37,932 nucleotides of DNA from a bacterium (GCA_043798435.1 JAZDOR010000047.1:1-37932); one strand, 5' to 3'. Counted from the first letter of the stretch, positions 8,816-17,804 are shown. Numbers and translations: made by a program. Notes: generated by a model not told the origin, from the letters alone.

Positions 8816-9979
8816 TTACATCAACCCCCTAAGCATAAGATTCCAGTAAAGTGGTCTTAGCATGTGAACCTTAATTACCCAACTGAAGTAGCTTTCTATA
8901 GCTGGAGATATGCTTTCAGTATAGTTAAACTCTGCAAACAAAGCCCTCTTATACTTAGTTGGCATAGGGCATATTACCTCTCCATCATAAGTTGCCGTTG
9001 GCTCTTCACCCTTTAGAAGCGATTTCATTCGCTCTGTTAAAACCTTAGCCTGCTTTCTTATCCCTGAAGCTGTCTTTGATGTTGGAAAATCAGTGGCATC
9101 TCCAATTCCATATATATTGTTATAAGCAGTATGCACCATCCGATACTTATCACAGGTTACCCATCCGGCTGCATTTCCTATGCCCTTTGATTGCTCAATC
9201 ATAGGTTGGCCCTCGTGTGGCGGAGTAATACAGAGCAAATCAAACTTGACTGGTTCCTGTCCCTTTGTAAAGGATTTTATAACCCCTTGTTCATAATCAA
9301 CCTCTGATGGATTAAAATTTGGTATTGCCTCTATTCCTCTTTCCTTGAAAATGCTATTTAGTTTAGCGGCATAAGGCTGCCTGGAAAAGACATCGGGCAT
9401 TGAGGTGGTAAATACAAATCTGCATTTGTCCCTTATTCCTCTGCGTCTCATCTCATCTTCTGCTAACATAATAAATTTTGCAGGAGCAGCCGGGCATTTT
9501 ATAGGCATCTCACAGATAGAGGAGACTATCGTTCCACCCTCAAATTTCTTTAATGCCTCTCTGAGTTGTATAGCTCTATCAAGGGTATAAAACATAAAGA
9601 CATTTTTGCCCTTTTCAAGCCCTTCCTTCATCCCATCAGGTGCATCATAAACCAATTTAGCACCAGTAGCAATGACGAGATAATCATAAGAGATTTCGCC
9701 GTGCTTTGAAGTAGCCACTTTATTATTTTGTGGGTCTATTTTTGTAGCCTCGTCAGCGATGAGGTTAATTCCCTCATAAAATAAGTCTTTTACTGGCCTC
9801 GTAAGATTTTCTGGCGTATCCAGATCAAAGACTACCAATGTAAACGCTGGCTGGTAAAAATGTGTATCCCTCTTTTCGACAACAGTAATCTTTACTGTAT
9901 CCTCGCTAAACTCCCTTCTCATTCTGTTAGCAAACATCACCCCAGCACTCCCTCCTCCCAAAATTACAACACTCTTCAT
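8816..9979 (-). CDS. sqr: Sulfide:quinone oxidoreductase-like flavoprotein (type III-like)
   Basis: ILGGGSAG, HFYQPAF, YDYLVIATGA, PIKCPAAP, GIGDATDFPTSKTAS, YDGEVIC. Confidence 0.78.
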   Translation of the reverse strand: MKSVVILGGGSAGVMFANRMRREFSEDTVKITVVEKRDTHFYQPAFTLVVFDLDTPENLTRPVKDLFYEGINLIADEATKIDPQNNKVATSKHGEISYDYLVIATGAKLVYDAPDGMKEGLEKGKNVFMFYTLDRAIQLREALKKFEGGTIVSSICEMPIKCPAAPAKFIMLAEDEMRRRGIRDKCRFVFTTSMPDVFSRQPYAAKLNSIFKERGIEAIPNFNPSEVDYEQGVIKSFTKGQEPVKFDLLCITPPHEGQPMIEQSKGIGNAAGWVTCDKYRMVHTAYNNIYGIGDATDFPTSKTASGIRKQAKVLTERMKSLLKGEEPTATYDGEVICPMPTKYKRALFAEFNYTESISPAIESYFSWVIKVHMLRPLYWNLMLRGLM

Positions 9980-10121
9980 CTGTTTTTACCTCCTTCTGGT
10001 TCGTTTATACTTACGAACCTCATCATTCTCAACCCAAATCTCACCCAACATTCTCTTTTTATAATATACACCACCTCCTTCTCTAATCTTGACAAAAATA
10101 TATATGAGTATTTTAATCAAC

Positions 10122-10150
10122 ATTATAATTAAAAAAATATAATCTGTCAA
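10122..10150 (-). promoter_or_regulatory. Consensus sigma70 promoter for the sqr-DUF1641 operon
   Basis: TTGACA (10150-10145), 17 bp, TATAAT (10127-10122). Confidence 0.75.
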
Positions 10151-10172
10151 GCAAAATAAATATTAAGACTAC

Positions 10173-10319
10173 GTAAGCGTTCAGCCGTCAGCCATCAGCA
10201 GTCAGCAAAGACCATAAAATCAAGACAAAAGAGGTTTTCCTAACTTCACGGCTTCCTGCTCTTTGTGCTGTAATACCTTGTAAAAGCTGAAAGCTGTCCG
10301 CTGATAGCTGAACGCTTAC
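10173..10319. mobile_element. GTAAG-type MITE with TCAGC-heptamer arms
   Basis: Perfect 13-bp TIR GTAAGCGTTCAGC / GCTGAACGCTTAC; perfect TSD AAGACTAC (10165-10172, 10320-10327). Confidence 0.92.
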
Positions 10320-10323
10320 AAGA

Positions 10324-11031
10324 CTACTCAACCAATCTGAATCCCTTTCCATATAAGCCAAGGCAGTCATCCTTAATAATAACGGCTCCTCTTATATCCT
10401 GGATATTTGTTATCTCTTTGATTGCCGTATCTATATCGCTTTTTTCTAAGATGAGGTTTCCTATCCTTGTTGCCCAGGCATCGGCGAGGGAGCCTGATTT
10501 TGCCAGCACAAGGCTCACATCAGCCTTTCCAAGGCTAATTGACCTTCCCATTACACCTGAGGATGTGCAGACAGAGATGGGCATCTCCTCTGGTTCTATA
10601 GCTATAGCCATCTTATTAAAAAGAGGGGATTTGGTATAGATGCCAACATTCCTTGCTTTCTTGCTGTCTATAAAAATGTCGCCACCATTTTCTACGATGA
10701 CCTCCTCAGAGAATAGCTTCAGCCTTCTTGCCAGCCTCTCGGCTATTGCCCCAGCTACAGCCGCCATAGGACCAACCCTTGCAGAAAAACCCGCTTCTGC
10801 CATCTCTTTGACAATTGACGGTGCATTACTTTTAGGTTTATAAGGCTCAAATGTAGTAAGATATGTAGGGTCATTAACAATATAATCCTCTATATCCCTT
10901 CTGATGTCTATAAGTATCTCTTCTGCCACATCTGCGAGGTCTTTTTCTGCACTAATCAAAATGTCAGACTCTTTTACCTTTATCCGAAAAGTGAAGAGGT
11001 CATTGCCTTTAATCAGCTTGCGATACCTCAT
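10324..11031 (-). CDS. UPF0280 / COG2122 ApbE-like protein (MA1715-like)
   Basis: VGPMAAVAGAIA, EVIVENGGDIF, SVCTSSG, SISLGKAD, LADAWAT. Confidence 0.88.
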   Translation of the reverse strand: MRYRKLIKGNDLFTFRIKVKESDILISAEKDLADVAEEILIDIRRDIEDYIVNDPTYLTTFEPYKPKSNAPSIVKEMAEAGFSARVGPMAAVAGAIAERLARRLKLFSEEVIVENGGDIFIDSKKARNVGIYTKSPLFNKMAIAIEPEEMPISVCTSSGVMGRSISLGKADVSLVLAKSGSLADAWATRIGNLILEKSDIDTAIKEITNIQDIRGAVIIKDDCLGLYGKGFRLVE

Positions 11032-11205
11032 ATCCTGATAGTCTACTGAACTTTTGCAAATTTACGCAAGTAGCAACTGAAATACCACCCCCAGAGAAGA
11101 TGACTATCAATTTTTGATGCAAAAATCCTTGAAAATAGCTTAAACTTTACCTTATATTTCTGCTACTGTAAGAAATATCTTGAATTATATAGGAATTTCC
11201 TTTTT

Positions 11206-11280
11206 TGGACTTTAGATGAACTTTAGATTTTCAAGATTTATAAAATATTATCCTGTAAATCTGCGAAAATCTGCGTCCCA
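11206..11280. repeat. Degenerate GACGCAGAT-family palindrome
   Basis: GGACTTTAGATGAACTTTAGATTTTCAAGAT ... ATCCTGTAAATCTGCGAAAATCTGCGTCCC; same family as 32230..32316. Confidence 0.55.
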
Positions 11281-11308
11281 TTAATTTATCAACAAAGGAG
11301 GTAAAGTT

Positions 11309-12400
11309 ATGGTCAAAAGGATTGGTGTTTCAACAGGTGGAGGGGATTGCCCAGGGCTTAATGCAGTCATTCGAGCAGTGGTAAAGAGTGCCCTGAATCT
11401 TGGTTGGGAGGTTATTGGCATCAGAAGAGGGTTTGAGGGGCTTATAGATATTAAAAAGTCAAAGCTACTCAAATCAAAGGATATTGCTGGAATACTGCAT
11501 ATAGGCGGCACAATCCTTGGCACAACAAACAGGGGCGACCCATTCAAGATGGAGGTTAAGGTTGGAAGAAAGACTGTTGTAACCGATGTTTCCGACAAAG
11601 TAATAGATGGATTCAGGAGATTAAGGCTTGATGCCTTAGTTATGATTGGTGGTGATGGAACCCTTACGATTGGCAAAAAACTTTATGATATGGGGCTACC
11701 CATTGTTGGTGTGCCAAAGACAATAGACAATGACCTTTCAGGAACAGTGATGACCTTTGGTTTTGATACGGCTGTCTCCACGGCTACTGAGGCTTTAGAT
11801 AAACTCCATTCTACAGCAGAAAGCCATCAGAGGGTGATGGTGGTTGAGGTGATGGGCAGGTATGCGGGCTGGATTGCCTTACATTCTGGGATTGCCGGGG
11901 GTGCCGATGTCATTCTTATTCCAGAAATTCCCTTTGATATGGACAGTGTCTGTGAGAAGGTAAGGGATAGATACAGGATACAGAAGAATTTCTGTATCAT
12001 TGTGGCAGCAGAGGGGGCAAAGTTAAAGGGAGGCGGTCTATTCACCAAAGAGTGCAAGGATAAAGGCAGGGTAGAGCCACTCTTGGGTGGAATTGCCGAG
12101 AATGTAGCTAAGGAGGTAGGAAGATTAACAGGAAAAGAGACAAGGTCCCTGGTCTTAGGACACCTTCAGAGGGGAGGACATCCTACAACCTTTGACAGGC
12201 TTCTTGCCACAAGATTTGGCTCTGCGGCTGTAAGGCTGATTCAAGAAGGAAAGTTCGGGAATATGGTTGCCCTTCATCCACCGAATATTACCGCAGTTCC
12301 TTTGAGCGAGGCTATTGGCAAGATGAAGACTGTTCCCCTTGATTCTGATGTAATTCAATCAGCAAAGTCTCTGGGCATATCCTTTGGAGACGGAGGGTAA
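11309..12400 (+). CDS. pfkA: 6-phosphofructokinase (PfkA family)
   Basis: TGGGDCPGLNA, IGGDGT, PKTIDNDL, VEVMGR, LGHLQRGG. Confidence 0.93.
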   Translation: MVKRIGVSTGGGDCPGLNAVIRAVVKSALNLGWEVIGIRRGFEGLIDIKKSKLLKSKDIAGILHIGGTILGTTNRGDPFKMEVKVGRKTVVTDVSDKVIDGFRRLRLDALVMIGGDGTLTIGKKLYDMGLPIVGVPKTIDNDLSGTVMTFGFDTAVSTATEALDKLHSTAESHQRVMVVEVMGRYAGWIALHSGIAGGADVILIPEIPFDMDSVCEKVRDRYRIQKNFCIIVAAEGAKLKGGGLFTKECKDKGRVEPLLGGIAENVAKEVGRLTGKETRSLVLGHLQRGGHPTTFDRLLATRFGSAAVRLIQEGKFGNMVALHPPNITAVPLSEAIGKMKTVPLDSDVIQSAKSLGISFGDGG

Positions 12401-12767
12401 TTACTCAAAATCTTAGGGAGAATATTTAGCCACAGAGCTCACAGAGAGCACAGAGGAATTAGCCACGAATGCACACGAATTAACACTAATAATTCATTCG
12501 TGCCTATTCGTAATATTCGTGTTTATTCGTGGTTTATTCATCTTTCTTTGTGACCTCTAAAGTTCTCTGTGGCGTAACTATTTACCCAAGTGAAGCAGAA
12601 GACAATTGTTCACCTTTAGGGCACCGCTGAGGACGCAGAGAATTTACAAAATTTTTAAGTTTTTATTTCTCTGTGCTCTCTGCGAGCTCTGCGGTTAATC
12701 TCTTCTTCAGATGAGTAAAGTGTTACTCTGTGGCTTTTCCACAATCCTAAATTTTATGAGTAGTTAC
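12397..12767. mobile_element. Composite GTAA-ended MITE: CACAGAG palindrome, nested CACGAAT palindrome and a nested second MITE
   Basis: GTAATTACTCAAAA / TTTTATGAGTAGTTAC; perfect TSD GACGGAGG (12389-12396, 12768-12775). Confidence 0.9.
12574..12726. mobile_element. Nested GTAAC MITE (CGCAGAG arms)
   Basis: GTAACTATTTACCCAAGTGAAG / CTTCAGATGAGTAAAGTGTTAC; perfect TSD TCTGTGGC (12566-12573, 12727-12734); closely similar inverted copy at 24202..24351. Confidence 0.9.
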
Positions 12768-12952
12768 GACGGAGGTTAATAAGATGGGACTGGTTCGCTT
12801 TGGTGTGTCGTTGGAAGATGTGCTTTTAGTAAACTTTGATGATTATATCAAGAAAAAGAGTTATCAGAGACGGAGGTTAATAAGATGGGACTGGTTCGCT
12901 TTGGTGTGTCGTTGGAAGATGTGCTTTTAGTAAACTTTGATGATTATATCAA
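12768..12952 (+). repeat. Direct duplication of the nikR RBS and 5' end
   Basis: 12768..12851 is repeated at 12869..12952 (84 bp, period 101). Confidence 0.9.
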
Positions 12953-13322
12953 AGAAAAGGGGTATCCTACAAGGTCTAAAGCCATCTCCGACCTGATAAG
13001 AGAGGCTTTAGTCAAAGAAGAGTGGCGAGGGCAAGAGAATGTTGCTGGAGCTGTCACCTTAATCTATGACCATCATAGACGGGAATTGGTAAATAAGCTG
13101 ACTGATATCCAGCACGATTTTTATAAAATAATCATCTCCTCCCAGCACGCCCATTTAGACCATAATAACTGTTTGGAAGTAGTTGTGGTGAAAGGAGATC
13201 CAGAAGAGATTAAGAAGCTCGCCAATAGGCTAAAGTCAACTAAGGGTGTCAAGCACTCTGTTTTGACTATGACTACAATTGGAAAGGAGGCTGGAAAAGA
13301 AATAAGTAAAATTGTTAGCTAA
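12885..13322 (+). CDS. nikR: Nickel-responsive regulator NikR
   Basis: RFGVSL ribbon-helix-helix, TRSKAISDLIR, YDHH, QHAHLDHNNCLE. Confidence 0.93.
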   Translation: MGLVRFGVSLEDVLLVNFDDYIKEKGYPTRSKAISDLIREALVKEEWRGQENVAGAVTLIYDHHRRELVNKLTDIQHDFYKIIISSQHAHLDHNNCLEVVVVKGDPEEIKKLANRLKSTKGVKHSVLTMTTIGKEAGKEISKIVS

Positions 13323-13325
13323 CAG

Positions 13326-14174
13326 TTACGCATTTATTTTAGTATATACAGGTTCTGCTATCACTATAGTAAGGTCTGGAGATTGTAGATTCTTTTTTAT
13401 CCTCTCTGCTTCTTTTCTTTCCCCTACTATTCCAAAGATGACTGAGCCTGAGCCTGTCAAGGCTGAACTGCAAACACCTTCTGAGATAAGCCTCTTCTTT
13501 ATCTTAAGAAGCTGCGGGTATTTGCCAAAGACAACCCTTTCTAAATCATTATGCAAGGCATTGGCTATTCCAAAGAGGTCTTGTCTTTCAATAGCCTCCA
13601 ACATCTCTTTGGTCTCATAATCTTCACCCTTCCCATTAAAGCTCTCGTAGACCTCTTTTGTGGATATAGATACCTTTGATATGGCAAGAAGAAAGTAGCA
13701 AGGAGGGATTGGTTTTAGCCTGGTAAGTTTTGCACCTATTCCCTCGCCAAGCACTGTGCCTCCCATCAAAAAATAAGGGACATCCGCACCAAGTCTCTCA
13801 GCTAAACCAAAAATATCTTTATCTGAAACCCCCAAATCCCAGAAGGAGTTCAAACCGGATAAAACAGCAGCTGCATCCGATGAGCCACCACCTAGCCCTC
13901 CTCCTATGGGTATATTCTTTTCTAAGCTTATCTTAGCACCCTTCTTTTTGCCTGTCCATTCAAGGAGCAAAAGAGCTGCTTTTTTTATAATGTTCTCTGT
14001 TTGAGCTATTTTTTCTGGCAAGACAACAATTTTATCTTCGGATGTTATAGTGATTTTGTCATAGAGGCTTATTGATTGGAAGACTGTCTCTATATTATGA
14101 TACCCATCCTCTCTTTTATTTAATACCCGCAAGGATAGGTTTATCTTGGCAGGAGCTAATATAGTCAATGGCAT
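13326..14174 (-). CDS. ispE: 4-diphosphocytidyl-2-C-methyl-D-erythritol kinase
   Basis: APAKINLSL, KNIPIGGGLGGGSSDAA, LGADVP, LTGSGS. Confidence 0.93.
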   Translation of the reverse strand: MPLTILAPAKINLSLRVLNKREDGYHNIETVFQSISLYDKITITSEDKIVVLPEKIAQTENIIKKAALLLLEWTGKKKGAKISLEKNIPIGGGLGGGSSDAAAVLSGLNSFWDLGVSDKDIFGLAERLGADVPYFLMGGTVLGEGIGAKLTRLKPIPPCYFLLAISKVSISTKEVYESFNGKGEDYETKEMLEAIERQDLFGIANALHNDLERVVFGKYPQLLKIKKRLISEGVCSSALTGSGSVIFGIVGERKEAERIKKNLQSPDLTIVIAEPVYTKINA

Positions 14175-14233
14175 AAACCGTATAATAGCAATTATTTACC
14201 AAAAGTGAAGTGCAAGAAAAGAATATGAGCTGC

Positions 14234-14328
14234 AGTCATTAGTCAATAGTCATTAGTAGGAGAAATTTTTTACTGATGACAAGTGACCAGTAACTAATGA
14301 CCATAAATTTTGTGTCTCTGTGGCTAAA
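14234..14328. repeat. AGTCATT-heptamer palindrome plus an orphan CACAGAG right arm
   Basis: AGTCATTAGTCAATAGTCATTAGT ... ACTGATGACAAGTGACCAGTAACTAATGAC, then TGTGTCTCTGTGGCTAAA. Confidence 0.75.
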
Positions 14329-14333
14329 TTTAT

Positions 14334-15551
14334 TTATTTCCACTTATCTCTTCTTCTAATAATTTCACCCATTCTTGCCCCTTTCCTGTTTTGTTTTCCA
14401 AGATAGGTAGAAATATTTTTTCTTTCCTCTTCCTCAAAGACACTTTTTGCTGACAGGACCATTCTTTTATTTTCTGAGTCAATATCTATAATTTTTACAG
14501 AAATTTTATTTCCTTCCTTAAGATGGGCAACATCCTCCATCTCTCGCTTTGGAAGAAAACCATCAACCCCATCCGCCACCTCAACAAAAGCATAATTTGG
14601 AAAGACCTTTACCACTTTACCTTCCACAGTAGAACCAAGCGAGAGTGTCTCTCTCATTTTTTCCCAGGGAGAGGGAAGCGTATCTTTCAAGCTCAAAGAA
14701 ATCTTCCTATTTGTCTTATCTACACTCAGCACTATAACATCTACAATATCTCCTACCCTGACGACATCTTTGGGATGTCGTATCCTTCTAAAAGAAAGCT
14801 CAGAGATAGGAATCAAGCCCTCTATAGCACCAATGGAGACAAATGCACCAAACCCTACTACTTTGCATATCTCTCCTTTCAGCCTTTGTCCCTCTTTTAT
14901 CTCCTCAAGAAATACATCTTGTCTTTTTCTTATATCCTCTTCCTCTGCCTCTTTGATAGATAAAATAACCCGTCGAGCCTTTCTGTCAAACTCAATAATT
15001 TTTAATTTTAGCGTTTTTTCCAAATATGAGTCAAGGTTTCTTACCTTCTCTATTCTTGTGTGTGAAGCTGGAATAAAGCCTTCAATGCCAACATCAACAA
15101 GAAGCCCTCCCTTTATCTGAGAAATTATCCTTCCTTCAATCAATACATCAGCCTTAAAAGCCTCTGTTATTTTATCAAGTGCGTTTTTGAGGTCGCACCT
15201 CTTTTTTGAGAGCACCATATTCCCAAATTTATCATCAATTGAAAGGATAATTACATCTATCTCTTCTCCTATCTTTACAACCTCTTCTGGTGAGTCAAAG
15301 CGTGACAAAGAAAGCTCATTCAGGGGAACAATTCCTTCTTGTTTTCCTCCAACAGAGACAAGAACACCCTCTTCTACTATTCCCACGACCATTCCAGAAA
15401 GAATATTCCCTTGCTTTATCTTTTTAAGGTGTTTTTCAAAAAGGGGCTCTAACCTTTCTTCCTCTGGTTTTTCTGGTTTCTCTGTTAGAAGGGCAGGCGT
15501 AGATATTTTCTGCTCTAAATCCTTTATAGCACGGGCAATAACATCATCCAT
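14334..15551 (-). CDS. rpsA: 30S ribosomal protein S1 (four S1 repeats)
   Basis: IKGGLLVDVGIEGFIPASH, FGAFVSIGAIEGLIPISELS. Start placed at the non-overlapping ATG (15551); the ORF track start is 15584. Confidence 0.88.
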   Translation of the reverse strand: MDDVIARAIKDLEQKISTPALLTEKPEKPEEERLEPLFEKHLKKIKQGNILSGMVVGIVEEGVLVSVGGKQEGIVPLNELSLSRFDSPEEVVKIGEEIDVIILSIDDKFGNMVLSKKRCDLKNALDKITEAFKADVLIEGRIISQIKGGLLVDVGIEGFIPASHTRIEKVRNLDSYLEKTLKLKIIEFDRKARRVILSIKEAEEEDIRKRQDVFLEEIKEGQRLKGEICKVVGFGAFVSIGAIEGLIPISELSFRRIRHPKDVVRVGDIVDVIVLSVDKTNRKISLSLKDTLPSPWEKMRETLSLGSTVEGKVVKVFPNYAFVEVADGVDGFLPKREMEDVAHLKEGNKISVKIIDIDSENKRMVLSAKSVFEEEERKNISTYLGKQNRKGARMGEIIRRRDKWK

Positions 15552-15562
15552 TTTATTAGTTT

Positions 15563-15979
15563 TTAATACAGATCCATAACCCACTTTCCATCGTGTTCGG
15601 GGTTTGGAATTATCCTCTGTGATTTTACATCAACAACAAGATCCATAGTTTCTAATACCAGATATCCTATTAGAGGTGGTGTAGTTGCATCGTTCTCCAT
15701 CACCTGCATTTCAATATCCCTATCCTGGATAATGATAATAGCTCCATAAAAGATACGTCGCTCTACCCGTCCATTTGCAGTAGTTACTCCTCGTGTATGT
15801 GAATACAATAGCCCTAATCTCTCAATTACATCTGGCGGCAAACATAAATATGCCGCACCGGTATCTACTAAAGCCTCAATTTCAACGGTTCTTATTTCAT
15901 CCTCGGGAGCCTTCCCCTCAGAATGCAAGAAAACATCACCAAAATTCTTCACTATAACCTTTTCAACAGTTTTTCCCAT
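15563..15979 (-). CDS. Clan AA (retropepsin-like) aspartic protease
   Basis: ALVDTGA motif and PLIGYLVLETMDLVVD; GAGGT RBS before the ATG at 15979. Confidence 0.85.
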   Translation of the reverse strand: MGKTVEKVIVKNFGDVFLHSEGKAPEDEIRTVEIEALVDTGAAYLCLPPDVIERLGLLYSHTRGVTTANGRVERRIFYGAIIIIQDRDIEMQVMENDATTPPLIGYLVLETMDLVVDVKSQRIIPNPEHDGKWVMDLY

Positions 15980-15992
15980 TTTATTTACCTCT

Positions 15993-16061
15993 AACGAACA
16001 CAATTTTTGGTAAGCCTAATTTATTCTCGGCATATACTCAACTAAATCAGGTTTCCAAAAA
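15993..16061. mobile_element. Two abutting ends of the TA-type MITE family
   Basis: AACGAACACAATTTTTGGTAAGCCTAATTTATTCTCGGCA-TA-TACTCAACTAAATCAGGTTTCCAAAAA; both halves resemble the TATACCCAAACAAATCAGG end at 22516 and 27510. Confidence 0.6.
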
Positions 16062-16107
16062 CTAAGAGTAGGCTAAGGATGAAAATCAAAAATAAAAAAT
16101 CAAATAT

Positions 16108-16184
16108 TTAGACACTGATTTACACAGATGAACACAGATAATTTTTAAATTTTATCAGTGAAAATCAGTGTTAATCTGTGTCAA
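16108..16184. repeat. CACAGAT-armed palindrome
   Basis: TTAGACACTGATTTACACAGATGAACACAGAT ... ATCAGTGAAAATCAGTGTTAATCTGTGTCAA. Confidence 0.85.
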
Positions 16185-16215
16185 AAAAATTTTATTTATT
16201 TTTTGCCATCTCAAT

Positions 16216-17099
16216 TTATTTGAGTATATACACCTCTTTCCTCCTTTTGGCTCCTGTGACTGTATTGGCAAGAAGCATAGTTATGGTCATTGGACCAACC
16301 CTCCAGGAACAGGGGTTATGGCTCCAGCAACCTTCGAAACCTCAGCAAAATCAACATCACCAACAATCTTATCATTTATTCTATTGATGCCTACATCAAT
16401 AACTGTTGCCCCGCGCTTTACCATATCTTTTTTCACAAAACAAGGAATGCCTATGGCAGCCACCAATATATCTGCCCTGCTTGTCACATCTTTCAGATTA
16501 GCTGTTTTTGAATGGCAGATAGTAACTGTGGCGTTAGCAGAGAGTAAGAGCAGGGTAATCGGCTTGCCAACAATGTTTGACCTTCCCAAAACAACTGCCT
16601 CTTTACCATTTATTTCAAGCCCTGACCTCAAAAGCATCTCCATAATTCCATAAGGTGTGCAAGGAAGGAAAAGCCCCTCCTTCTTCATCTGGGAATATGA
16701 TTTTTCACAGAAGAACCTTCCCACATTATAATAATGAAAGCCATCAACATCCTTTTCTGGTAAGATAGCGGACAATATCTTTTTCTCTTCTATCTGAGAA
16801 GGCAGGGGAAGTTGAACTAAAATGCCATCAATATTCGGCTTTTTGTTCAATGTGGCTATCAGTTCCAAAAGCTCCTCTTCTTTTATCTCTTTGGGTAGGG
16901 TGTGTTGCTCGGAATAGATGCCGAGTTTCTCACAAGCAGAAGTTTTATTTTTCACATAAACATGAGAGGCAGGATTATCTCCCACAAGGATTGTCGCCAG
17001 CCCTGGGATGATACCACCCCTTGAAAGCTCTTCAATCTCTATCTTTAACTCTGCCTTTATCTCTTCGGCTATCCTCTTTCCATCAATTATCTCTGCCAT
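16216..17099 (-). pseudogene. folD: Methylene-THF dehydrogenase/cyclohydrolase, frameshifted near the 3' end (or a sequencing error)
   Basis: GILVQLPLP, KDVDGFH, PCTPYG, GRSNIVGKP. ITPVPGG is followed by VGPMTITMLLANT only if one G is added in the GGAGGG run at ~16299-16303. Confidence 0.85.
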
Positions 17100-17113
17100 A
17101 ATCTCTTCCTCGT

Positions 17114-17542
17114 CTAATTCTGAACCTTTCTATATAATTCAATCTCTTTGAAAAACTGCTGAAAAATAGGTTTTGCTTTCTCAGCCAAAGGTATCAGAAG
17201 TTCTGGTTCCAACATAAAGCCGTATCCATGTATAAAAAAGTGGCGGAATCTCAGGTAATCCCTTAATTGATCTGCCAATGATTCACTTACAATACCTTGA
17301 TTTATGGCCGCCATAAGAAGTTCCTTGTGCCAGCTATCTGATAGTGCAATATGAATCCCATGATGCTTCAAGATATGTTTCAGGATATTTTCAACCCCTC
17401 CGTAAAGATTGTGTAAATATGTAGAGATACCAGCATAGTCAAGTTCTTCCTTTAATTCCCGTAATAGACCTTTAGATAACAGCTCAATTGTTCGCTCCAT
17501 AGATTGTTTTTCAGCAAGCTGGTATTCCTCATATTCACCCAT
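17114..17542 (-). CDS. HEPN ribonuclease toxin (HepT-like)
   Basis: LHNLYGGVENIL, WHKELL, RHFFIHGY (RX4H); likely start MGEYEEY at 17542 overlaps the MNT stop. Confidence 0.85.
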   Translation of the reverse strand: MGEYEEYQLAEKQSMERTIELLSKGLLRELKEELDYAGISTYLHNLYGGVENILKHILKHHGIHIALSDSWHKELLMAAINQGIVSESLADQLRDYLRFRHFFIHGYGFMLEPELLIPLAEKAKPIFQQFFKEIELYRKVQN

Positions 17543-17804
17543 AAATATGTCTCCCGTACTTGCGGATGATCGGAGCAAAGGGATTATTGGAGTCAAGGTC
17601 CACCACATCAACCGATTTTGATAGTGCCCAGTCAAGTTTACCTGTCAGTTCGAAAAAACGCTCTCTGGGAATACCCTCAATACCAAGATCTATGTCACTA
17701 ACTTCGCTTGATTCCAAAAGACTGGAACCAAAAAGATAAACAGAACGGATGCCATATCTTTGTGCCCACTCTTGTATTGCCTTTAGATCTGATGTTGACA
17801 CCAT
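17535..17804 (-). CDS. Minimal nucleotidyltransferase (MNT) antitoxin
   Basis: YLFGSS...SDIDLGIEG...VDVVDL. Confidence 0.88.
   Translation of the reverse strand: MVSTSDLKAIQEWAQRYGIRSVYLFGSSLLESSEVSDIDLGIEGIPRERFFELTGKLDWALSKSVDVVDLDSNNPFAPIIRKYGRHIYG

Noticed and set aside
9976-10080. 31-codon GTG ORF with AAGGAGGTG upstream of sqr
   Set aside because: The SD is only ~2 nt from the GTG and the peptide has no recognisable features; more likely a relic or 5' UTR.
10188-10370. 60-aa ORF (also 16168..16653, 16178..16387, 22636..22824, 27502..27702, 32907..33143)
   Set aside because: They read through palindromic repeats or MITEs, or lie antisense to real genes; no protein-family signal.
17543-17635. 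ORF-track N-terminal extensions (HEPN 17635, protease 16003, rpsA 15584, FadL 36876, ICMT 37701)
   Set aside because: Downstream ATGs have better RBSs or avoid overlaps with neighbouring genes.
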